Source: Planctomycetota bacterium (GTDB lineage: Bacteria > Planctomycetota > Phycisphaerae > UBA1845). From it: 64,000 nt of DNA. Below, piece after piece: positions 11,016 to 19,165 of this stretch (its first letter is position 1; every line of letters starts with the position of its first letter). Made by a program: the position numbers and the translations under genes. The notes beneath the pieces were generated by a model. The model saw only the letters and a list, made by a program, of their open reading frames with translations, was not told the DNA's origin and ran no database searches. The stretch spans positions 5,695 to 69,694 of the forward strand of contig JAJRWX010000050.1 in assembly GCA_024276605.1 (NCBI GenBank). The letters run 5' to 3'.

Positions 11016-11460
11016 AAAGAATTGAATGCTTGGTAGAGCGACAGTGTATTCACATTATCTCAATAATGGGAAATAGGCGTATTAGGCATGTCATAGATAT
11101 GTCCTTTTTGGGGGTACACAATTTCAAATCCTTTTCTCACCTTTGAGTCGGTTCAAGTCGTAACAGCTATTGTTACGATACTCCTACGTGGCAACGGCTA
11201 ATATTTTTTGTTAATCTACTACATCATCCAGATAATCACAAAGCTATACGGATGATAAAAAGCAATATAATGTGATTATGCAATGGCCTGCGGCACTTAT
11301 TGCATTTTCGCATATTGCATTGCGGCGTATTCACGAAGAATGTAATTACCATGCGAGTCTCATCGCACATGGGCAATAGCTATTCAATCGTAGATGATCT
11401 CAAGACAGTAACCTACCAGGATGATGAGTTACCTCAAAGGTTTATAGGAGGCTGAAAACC

Positions 11461-12807
11461 ATGAACAAAAAATTGAAATGTATTTCATCCGTTGGCCTAT
11501 TTGCAGTGGTTGTTACGATGTCCAGCGTTTTCATGGTACTTATCGTTGGCTGCCCTACAGTCAGCGTGGGCGGAGGCACAACCAACGGTAATAGCGGTGT
11601 CACAGGCAAATTCGTCGGCGCCGAAACATGCCTAGCCTGTCACGCAGATGATCACGCGAATTGGTCCAACACAGGGCATGCCGGCGCATTAGAAACCCTG
11701 GAAGCTATCGGCCAAGGCGAGAATGCTAGTTGCTTGGGCTGTCATACAGTAGGCTTTGGTGAAGATGGCGGCTTCGTAGACCGTGCGACCACCAACGCCC
11801 TTGTTGGGGTACAATGCGAAAACTGTCACGGCAGCGGTCGCGACCATGTAGATAATGCCATCGCAGCACGTGATGAAGGGGCAACCTTTGACGAAAGCCT
11901 GAAGCCGGTGGTTAATCTGTCTGCGCAAATGTGTGGCACCTGTCATACCGATGCCCATCATCCAACCTTCGACGAGTGGAAACTATCCAAACATTCGACG
12001 GCCCTTGAAGGTCTTCGATCCAATCCGTTTGCCAACGACAGTTGCCTGGAATGTCACTCCCAGGACTTCCGTTACCAAACAGAACTGGCCACCGAAACGG
12101 GTGATCTGAGTAACATCCCGACGTTAGATTCCGCCCTGTTTTCTATCGAATGTGTCTCTTGCCATGCCCCGCATGGCGGCGTGGCACAGAACCATCAGTT
12201 ACGTATGCCCGTGGCTGATTTGTGCGGCGAATGTCATACGCAAGAAGAGGCAACGCTAGGTAGTACGCCTCATCATCCGCAAATTGAGATGGTAACTGGT
12301 ACTGGAGGCTTCGCAGCCGACGGAACAAGCTTGGTTCAAGCCGGTCCGCATTCGAGCTTGTTTGCCAGTGATGGCGAGGCTTGCGCACAATGTCATGTGG
12401 TTACGCACGATGTGGACGAACCCAATGATGGAAATCCCAATATCACAGGACACACATTCAACCCCTTCGATGAAGATATCACGACAATATCCCCTGAGCA
12501 TCAGGCTGAACAGTTCGGTGGGTGTCTGATTTGTCACACGGCTGAAGGTGCTCAGGAACGTTTTGATCGAGTACAAACGGACATTGCAGCCAAACTCGAT
12601 GCACTAAGCCCATTCTTTGATGCAGATAACCCGTCCTTTATTGATAAGAACACACTTACAATCGAGGATCAACTGCGTTACGAGACTGCCCAGTTCAACT
12701 TTAAGTATGTCGAGGCGGATGGTAGTCAAGGCGTGCATAATGCTTCATATGCCCGGGCTTTGTTAGATATTGCAGAGACTATTTTGAATGACTTAGCCGC
12801 AACATAA
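11461..12807 (+). CDS. Nonahaem c-type cytochrome lipoprotein
   Basis: AGGAGG sits 9 nt upstream of the start. Lipobox LIVGCP. Nine CxxCH motifs (CLACH, CLGCH, CENCH, CGTCH, CLECH, CVSCH, CGECH, CAQCH, CLICH). Confidence 0.85.
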   Translation: MNKKLKCISSVGLFAVVVTMSSVFMVLIVGCPTVSVGGGTTNGNSGVTGKFVGAETCLACHADDHANWSNTGHAGALETLEAIGQGENASCLGCHTVGFGEDGGFVDRATTNALVGVQCENCHGSGRDHVDNAIAARDEGATFDESLKPVVNLSAQMCGTCHTDAHHPTFDEWKLSKHSTALEGLRSNPFANDSCLECHSQDFRYQTELATETGDLSNIPTLDSALFSIECVSCHAPHGGVAQNHQLRMPVADLCGECHTQEEATLGSTPHHPQIEMVTGTGGFAADGTSLVQAGPHSSLFASDGEACAQCHVVTHDVDEPNDGNPNITGHTFNPFDEDITTISPEHQAEQFGGCLICHTAEGAQERFDRVQTDIAAKLDALSPFFDADNPSFIDKNTLTIEDQLRYETAQFNFKYVEADGSQGVHNASYARALLDIAETILNDLAAT

Positions 12808-13127
12808 CCAAATGCCGGTCAAGCGAATACACGCATCGGTCTGATCGGTCTGGTAGCTTGAAATGACTACCGGTATGACCATTTTATTCCCTTGACTCTA
12901 GCAAAAAAAATGTACGCTCGCGCAAGAGTTGCGCGTTAACTGTGTAGCCTGTGATTGTTAGTCAATTTTTTATATTCTGGCATGGATCATGCGAGGCAGT
13001 TGTTATTGTTGAGAAATGTGAGGGTTGACCGACTTTGTAACAATAGAAACTACTTGCCCCCTGTCATAACGCTAGGCGGGGGTTGTTGGAATTACAGTAG
13101 TAGAACAACGCATGAGGAGATCAGATT

Positions 13128-14756
13128 ATGCTCAGAAAACAAACCCCGAGTTGGAAGCCGCTCATGGCCGTTGGTGTGACGGTCTCGTTATTTAGTTTGT
13201 CACTTTTGATGGTAGGTTGTCCAGGGGGCACGATCCCTCCACCTGGCAACCCCTGTGACAATGTGGACTGCCAGGATGGTCAAACCTGTATCGACGGCAC
13301 ATGCGTAGCTGATGATACGGGCAATGCCCCAACCTTACAGGGGTTAGATGCGAACAAGGCCATGATCCTACCGTTTGCGGTACAAGTCGCATACAACGAT
13401 GACACTATGTTTTTTCACATGAGCTGGGAAGGCGACCGCGGGGATACGCACGATTATTTCCGATACACCAACGGCGCTTGGCAGCGTGAAGGCGGTGTCC
13501 GACGAGATGCCCAAGCAACGATCGATAACGATCCTCTGCGTGGTTCTACCAGTATAAACTCGACAATTTACGAATCCCGCGTCACATTTATGTTGGACGA
13601 CCCCACCGGTCCTAATGCCGTCGCAGGCTTCGCCCAGTATGGCTGCATGTTAACTTGCCATGACAATAGCCGAGCTATGCCACAATGGATTCATGACGAC
13701 GGTGAGGTTCATAAGTATCTACCGGATGATAAGCCCGGTCGCTTAGACCTATGGCACCACCGCCTGGGCCGGGCTAACCCCATTGGCCTATCTGACGATC
13801 AGTGGGTAGGTCTACGACAAGGTAAGGGTGATGATGGCGTCACCGACGAAGATGGCGGTTCCCGCCAGGGCGATGCAGGCACCGGACCATACGCCACGGG
13901 AAAGACCGATGGCGATGGCAATCCGCAGTGGGTATTCGACCCCAGTACGACCGGTGGCCTTTATGCCTTTGCCTTTGGGGACTTATTTACCAGCCCGATT
14001 CGTTATTTTGCGGATGACACCGCACTCAATATAGGCCCGAATGCACCGAACCCCATCGGTATCGATTACGCCGAAGCGATAGCCATGGGCTATGTGCCAA
14101 GTGAAGGCGATACCGTGCCTCGTCGTCGACTTCGACAAACAGAAGGTAGCCGGGGAGACATCACAGCAGCCGGTACGACTTTCACACCATCAGCCAACGA
14201 TCCGCTCTTTGGCCGATGGAATTCGAATATTCAGCGTGCCATGGATACTGGCAATGATGATGACACTGCATTGGTTGACGGTAACATTTACAACATCGCT
14301 TTCGCTGTCCATGTAGGCATGGTTACCGTGCGGGATCATTATGTATCCTTCGCCTACACCCTTTCGCTAGGCGGCGGTGATGCCGACATTCAAGCTGTGA
14401 AGATTTCAGGTAGTGGCAGCGCTACGCTTCCAGACTTCTCAGATACCGCGCAGTTCCCGGTAACTAACTTGAATACCTTCTTGCCAGGCATTACCAGCTA
14501 TGAATTTCTCAATGGTGATAACGCCGGGTTGGAATACATTGATCCTGCTACGGGCACAGCCGTTGACCAGAATCACGCAGGCGCTACCGGTTTAATGACG
14601 GGAGGCTTACGTTGCCAATCGTGCCATGCCGTTAGCGATGCTGACGTAGCATCCTTTACTGCATCGGGTACTGGTGCGTTCCCCGCTGGATCTATGGAAT
14701 CGCTGGCACCACAACGCGGCGGGGTGACCTCGCCAACGCCGCTTCCCCCGCCATAG
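13128..14756 (+). CDS. Lipoprotein with a small 4-Cys module, an EB_dh/DOMON-like putative haem-binding domain and one C-terminal CxxCH
   Basis: Lipobox LMVGCP, then PCDNVDCQDGQTCIDGTCV. MFFHMSWEGD and LDLWHHRLGRANPIGLSDDQW resemble ethylbenzene-dehydrogenase-type haem domains; this rests on my memory of the family and is not verified. Also CMLTCH (CX3CH) and CQSCH. Confidence 0.5.
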   Translation: MLRKQTPSWKPLMAVGVTVSLFSLSLLMVGCPGGTIPPPGNPCDNVDCQDGQTCIDGTCVADDTGNAPTLQGLDANKAMILPFAVQVAYNDDTMFFHMSWEGDRGDTHDYFRYTNGAWQREGGVRRDAQATIDNDPLRGSTSINSTIYESRVTFMLDDPTGPNAVAGFAQYGCMLTCHDNSRAMPQWIHDDGEVHKYLPDDKPGRLDLWHHRLGRANPIGLSDDQWVGLRQGKGDDGVTDEDGGSRQGDAGTGPYATGKTDGDGNPQWVFDPSTTGGLYAFAFGDLFTSPIRYFADDTALNIGPNAPNPIGIDYAEAIAMGYVPSEGDTVPRRRLRQTEGSRGDITAAGTTFTPSANDPLFGRWNSNIQRAMDTGNDDDTALVDGNIYNIAFAVHVGMVTVRDHYVSFAYTLSLGGGDADIQAVKISGSGSATLPDFSDTAQFPVTNLNTFLPGITSYEFLNGDNAGLEYIDPATGTAVDQNHAGATGLMTGGLRCQSCHAVSDADVASFTASGTGAFPAGSMESLAPQRGGVTSPTPLPPP

Positions 14757-14823
14757 TTTTTCGCATAACAGCCTGTTTCATATAACGATATGATCGTGGC
14801 TGTGACATTTTGCATTCATCATT

Positions 14824-14860
14824 GACCCCGGCTCAGTAACCGTGCCGGGGTCTTTTTATT
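14824..14860 (+). terminator. Rho-independent terminator
   Basis: GACCCCGGC (14824-14832) pairs with GCCGGGGTC (14844-14852) and is followed by TTTTTATT. Confidence 0.7.
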
Positions 14861-15319
14861 GCATATCCAGGCGCTAATCATCAACCCTGTACGCATTGTT
14901 TAGTAAATCGACTTGCTACCGCTCAACGGCATCGGCATCCGAACGTAAGTATCTACCAATACGCTACTTACGTCATTACCAATCCTGGGCATACTTAGCC
15001 ACAAGCTCGGCCCGTATCCCGCTCAATCGATCATAGCCCACACGCTCCGCTCGAACAGGGTGAGCAACAATCCATGTGGTACCGCAAGCTAAGGCCGAAC
15101 AAATAAAATTAACTTGGAGACGAGGCGTAATTGTTACGACTCCGCCTACTTTCTCTTGACTAATATGATTTTTTCTCAATTATGGAATGACTTGCATGAG
15201 ACAGGTTGGCAATTACTAACTTTGAGAACCTATAGATCACAGGATTAAAAATGCCCTGGCGCGGGGCGTTGGTGTAGCACCTATTTCGATTCTAGTAAAA
15301 AGTATTAGGAGATCAGTCA

Positions 15320-16291
15320 ATGTTAAGAAAACGGATGATAAGTTGGCAACCGCTCATAGCCATCGGGGTAACAATGTTTATCGTAGGATGTCCTACCATC
15401 ACGACACCGCCGGACGATCCATGTGCCGGTGTGGACTGCACGGACGGCGAAACTTGCGTTGACGGTGTATGTGTCGCAGCACCAGTCGATACTACCGACC
15501 CTGTAGAGTTCACCAATGCAGACGGTATCAAAGGAGGCGCGCTGTACGACAAGTTTTACGACACACCGGATTTTGATAAAAATACTGATGACGCTGCGCA
15601 GATTATGGCATTTGGTGATTTCTTCCGCTGCAAACAGTGTCATGCTTGGGATCACCTCGGCAACATGGCCTCCTATATAGACCGTGCGCCAAAAACCACG
15701 CGGCCTAATGTGACTGCGATCAACCTGGCTGAACATGCCATGGACGAGTCTGCACAAGAATTGTTCGACGCCATAAAAACGGGAAATGGCGGACGACGAT
15801 CTGTGTCCGCTGATTTGTCCACTTACGATCCCGCTGATCCAACAACAACAGCTGTGGGCGATCAGATGCCCAATTTCGGCGAAATTCTCACGGACGCCCA
15901 GATATGGGATCTCGTCAAATATCTCAAAGAGGACTTTTTAGATACAACCCAGCTGTACGACATCGACATCACAGGAACGTATCCGGATGGAACACGGACA
16001 TTTTCAAATATCGGTAAAGACGGCGATCCGGTAAATGGGGATGCCCTATACGCAGCAAAATGTGCTGGATGTCACGGTGCAGACGGCCTTCTGATTCTCT
16101 TTGACAACGGTGAATTATCCATTGGCTCTTTCGCCCGTACTAAACCATATGAACTCTCTCACAAATCCAAGTTTGGTCAGCCCGGTTCAGCAATGGGGCC
16201 ACAAGGCATTAATACAATCGAGGATATGAAAGACCTATTCGCTGCGCTAGTTGATTCAACGAACTTTCCTGATCCCGCACCGGCCCCATAG
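15320..16291 (+). CDS. Dihaem c-type cytochrome lipoprotein with the same N-terminal leader and 4-Cys module as the 13128 gene product
   Basis: Lipobox FIVGCP, then PCAGVDCTDGETCVDGVCV. Motifs CKQCH and CAGCH. Confidence 0.75.
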   Translation: MLRKRMISWQPLIAIGVTMFIVGCPTITTPPDDPCAGVDCTDGETCVDGVCVAAPVDTTDPVEFTNADGIKGGALYDKFYDTPDFDKNTDDAAQIMAFGDFFRCKQCHAWDHLGNMASYIDRAPKTTRPNVTAINLAEHAMDESAQELFDAIKTGNGGRRSVSADLSTYDPADPTTTAVGDQMPNFGEILTDAQIWDLVKYLKEDFLDTTQLYDIDITGTYPDGTRTFSNIGKDGDPVNGDALYAAKCAGCHGADGLLILFDNGELSIGSFARTKPYELSHKSKFGQPGSAMGPQGINTIEDMKDLFAALVDSTNFPDPAPAP

Positions 16292-16318
16292 GCCTGTCCT
16301 TAATCTTTAGTCATTTTG

Positions 16319-16353
16319 AAACCCGCGATCACTCGACGATCGCGGGTTTTTTA
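16319..16353 (+). terminator. Rho-independent terminator
   Basis: AAACCCGCGATC (16319-16330) pairs with GATCGCGGGTTT (16338-16349), extended by a T-run. Confidence 0.7.
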
Positions 16354-16704
16354 ACGCGCATTGACTGGCGTGGATGCTGTATTCATATTGCGCATGGTTA
16401 TACCTGTAGCGTACTGGATCCCCAGCCTGTTTGATGGAATTGCCGAAGTCGCAACGTGAAGGCATAAACATGCCAACGACGCTCCTTCCACACTCATCGC
16501 ATTTGACAAAAGCGTACAACACGCGGTAACACAAATGTAGCTCATGCCTCGATAGCGTTCACCAACCGCAGTGCAGCCGCATCTGGGCTTTTCTTCACGT
16601 ACTGACATCACGGACTTCTCAATACCGGCGGTTGGTGTTTCGTGAATTTGCTGATCGAAATTCACCGTTCGGCACGGAAATTGCGTGTAAATTACCGTAG
16701 AGCT

Positions 16705-16800
16705 AGCTCTATTAAACTGTAGTGTCCGGTAGCAGATTTTGGGGGAGGTTATCGATGTTTGACCGCTACACGCTATAGGAATGCTAGTGATGGTTTCATG
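16705..16800 (+). promoter_or_regulatory. Conserved leader-like element, copy 1, with GGAGG plus mini-ORF MFDRYTL (16755-16778)
   Basis: A 30-nt block (25 identical positions) and a 28-nt block (24 identical) are shared with 21149-21251. GGAGG lies 6 nt before the ATG. The element sits 40-130 nt upstream of the membrane cytochrome gene. Confidence 0.35.
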
Positions 16801-16841
16801 ATGTCATGCGTCTTCTGCCTATAAAGTTGGAATAATTGAAA

Positions 16842-19160
16842 ATGTCAGTTCATAGGATGCGTAAGTTATTGACCGCTATCGGGGCTATCCTGGCCATCGT
16901 GTCACTGATGACAATCATAACCTCCACCATTTTGAGCATATTGACTCAATCTGAGCCTATTGGCCTAGTCCTGGCCGAAGTTTTTACGCCGGCCATTTTG
17001 CTTCTCATCGGATTAGCCGGCATGCTCGGCAGCGCGCTCCTAGCTCGCAGACAAGGCTTAACTGTTCGTTTGTGGATGTTAGGTCTTGATGGGCTGCGCT
17101 CGCGCCACCTTGCCCAAGCAGGCTATACGATGCCAAGTGAGTTGTTGCAGGCGAACACCGAGCAGGATAACCCGTCGGCTTCAGATAATACGCCGACGAA
17201 ACCACACAACAAAATAAAGGATGATATGCCGTTCGACCAGCGCAAGCCATATCAACCAAAGTTTCCTCCAATGTGGAACAATTTCATTTCCTACACGGGA
17301 TTTTTTGTTTCACTAATGAGCATGCTGCTCATGCTGACATTTGGTTTGTTCAGCATGATATCTACCCACTCGAATCCCTATGTAGATATCATTGGCTACC
17401 TCGTACTACCGAGCGTATTGATCGCGGGTCTTGCATTTATACTTTGCGGTATTTTCATCAAGAGTTGGCGACTTAAGCGTACAGACCCTACCCAGAAATT
17501 AATCTTTCGCTTTCCACGCGTGGATTTCAATGATCCCATCCAGCGCAGGGCAGCGAAAGTTGTATTGGCCAGCTGTTTCATCTTGTTACCGGTGGTTGGT
17601 GTCAGTTCTTATCACGGGTATCACTACACCGATTCTGCCGACTTTTGCGCTAAAGCTTGCCATGCGGCCATGGAACCGCAAGCCACGGCTTATGAGTATT
17701 CCGCACATGCTCGTGTATCCTGCGCGGAATGTCATATCGGTTCCGGCGCAAGTTGGTTTGTGAAGTCAAAACTTTCCGGCACGCGGCAAGTCTTAGCCAT
17801 GTGGCAAGATTCGTTTTCCCGACCCATACCGCCGGCCATTACCGAACTTCGTCCAGCGCGAGAGACATGCGAAAAGTGTCATTGGCCAAAGAAATTTTTT
17901 GGTCAACAACTACGTCGCATTGTGCATTATAGATCTGACGAAGATAACACACGGCTTGAATTCGACATGCTACTCAAGACCGGCGGAGGCGATGAATCGA
18001 TGGGACGAGCTGAAGGCATCCACATGCATATGGCACTGGAAGGGAAAATTGAATATGTAGCCAACGACGACAAATTGCAGGATATTTCGTGGGTTCGTTA
18101 TGTGGATCGTACCGGCGTGGCATCAATCTACCGAAACGATGGAAATCCAAGCTCCGACCCCAGGCCAAAAGGTGTCATTCGCCGGCTTGATTGTATGGAT
18201 TGTCACAATCGCCCCGCACATAAATTTAAATCGCCCAAAGCTGCGATCGACATTTTTCTCGAAGTAGGTCGCATCGACACCACCTTACCTTTTATCAAGC
18301 GAGAAGCACTTGCTGCTTTAGTCGAACCATATCCTGATCGCGAAACGGCTGAGCGTGAAATAGGACGCCGTATGTTAGATTTCTATAAGAACCAATACCC
18401 CAATGTTTGGGATACTAGAAAAGCATCCGTCAAACAAGCGATCGATATGACACGACTAGCCTACCGTAAGAATTTTTTCCCGGATATGAAAGTCGATTGG
18501 CGCACCTATCCCGACAACATCGGCCATAAGATTTCCCCCGGCTGTTTCCGTTGTCATGATGGCTTGCACATCAACCAGAGAGGCGAACGACTGAGTCACG
18601 AGTGCAGCACGTGTCACACTTTCCTTAATCCGATCGACGAAAATGGGAGGAACTTGACCCAAGAAGGAGAATTTCAACACCCCTACGAGCTTGAGGGTTC
18701 ACACATATCTCTACGTTGCGACAAGTGTCATACCGGAGGCATTACACCGTCTACATCATGCCAAGGGTGTCACACAACGGTCGTCAACTTTCGTGCCGGT
18801 ACGCTGGCGGAATTTGAACTGGCCGCTCTCGAACCGGATGCCATGGTTGATGTTGATTGCGAGTCCTGCCATGATTTATCCGAACCCACTTCGATCGAAT
18901 CGATTGACGTGATGTGCATGGATTGTCATGACGGCGAAGAAGGCTTCGAAGGTATGTTAGCCTCCTGGGCGAAGGAGGCGGAAACATTACTATCGCATGC
19001 TCAAGAGAAAACCAAGGGCGATACGGTCAAACAAAACATCTTGCACGCGCTGCGCAAAGCAGGCCCGATGCATAATATGAAAGCCACACGATCCATCGTA
19101 CGAGAACTATTGTCATCAGAAAACGCGGCAACCAATCAAACAACAACAACAACAGATTGA
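16842..19160 (+). CDS. Membrane-anchored multihaem cytochrome (about 5 TM helices; 9 CxxCH plus 1 CX3CH), NapC/NirT-like candidate quinol dehydrogenase
   Basis: Hydrophobic helices occupy the first ~260 aa. Motifs follow in order: CAKACH, CAECH, CEKCH, CMDCH, CFRCH, CSTCH, CDKCH, CQGCH, CESCH, CMDCH. Start is ATG 16842 or TTG 16836. Confidence 0.8.
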   Translation: MSVHRMRKLLTAIGAILAIVSLMTIITSTILSILTQSEPIGLVLAEVFTPAILLLIGLAGMLGSALLARRQGLTVRLWMLGLDGLRSRHLAQAGYTMPSELLQANTEQDNPSASDNTPTKPHNKIKDDMPFDQRKPYQPKFPPMWNNFISYTGFFVSLMSMLLMLTFGLFSMISTHSNPYVDIIGYLVLPSVLIAGLAFILCGIFIKSWRLKRTDPTQKLIFRFPRVDFNDPIQRRAAKVVLASCFILLPVVGVSSYHGYHYTDSADFCAKACHAAMEPQATAYEYSAHARVSCAECHIGSGASWFVKSKLSGTRQVLAMWQDSFSRPIPPAITELRPARETCEKCHWPKKFFGQQLRRIVHYRSDEDNTRLEFDMLLKTGGGDESMGRAEGIHMHMALEGKIEYVANDDKLQDISWVRYVDRTGVASIYRNDGNPSSDPRPKGVIRRLDCMDCHNRPAHKFKSPKAAIDIFLEVGRIDTTLPFIKREALAALVEPYPDRETAEREIGRRMLDFYKNQYPNVWDTRKASVKQAIDMTRLAYRKNFFPDMKVDWRTYPDNIGHKISPGCFRCHDGLHINQRGERLSHECSTCHTFLNPIDENGRNLTQEGEFQHPYELEGSHISLRCDKCHTGGITPSTSCQGCHTTVVNFRAGTLAEFELAALEPDAMVDVDCESCHDLSEPTSIESIDVMCMDCHDGEEGFEGMLASWAKEAETLLSHAQEKTKGDTVKQNILHALRKAGPMHNMKATRSIVRELLSSENAATNQTTTTTD

Positions 19161-19165
19161 AACGG

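Noticed and set aside
11140-11180. GGTTCAAGTCG string resembling a tRNA T-loop.
   Set aside because: The flanking bases do not form a T-stem, and no acceptor or anticodon arms can be drawn.
11461-12807. Hydroxylamine/hydrazine oxidoreductase-type (anammox or nitrifier) octahaem enzyme.
   Set aside because: The protein has nine CxxCH motifs in a ~450-aa lipoprotein. I saw no recognisable HAO catalytic haem or Tyr cross-link context, and no hydrazine-synthase or nitrification genes lie nearby. I kept the generic multihaem cytochrome call.
14976-15179. 67-aa minus-strand ORF. Its tail (GYDRLSGIRAELVAKYAQDW) vaguely recalls the YGxRRIHAEL segment of IS3 transposases.
   Set aside because: It is too short and too weakly similar. 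It has no DDE region, no inverted repeats and no second transposase frame, so I did not call a mobile element.
16307-16665. Cys-rich overlapping minus-strand ORFs (CGC..., KCDECGR...) that might be a frameshifted zinc-ribbon protein.
   Set aside because: No recognisable family is evident. One frame runs through the terminator hairpin of the upstream gene. The evidence is insufficient to annotate.
2988-19160. Cytochrome c maturation (ccm/ccs) or haem-lyase genes, expected near such a cluster.
   Set aside because: None of the ORFs in the window shows CcmF/CcsBA-type WWD motifs. Those genes presumably lie elsewhere in the genome.
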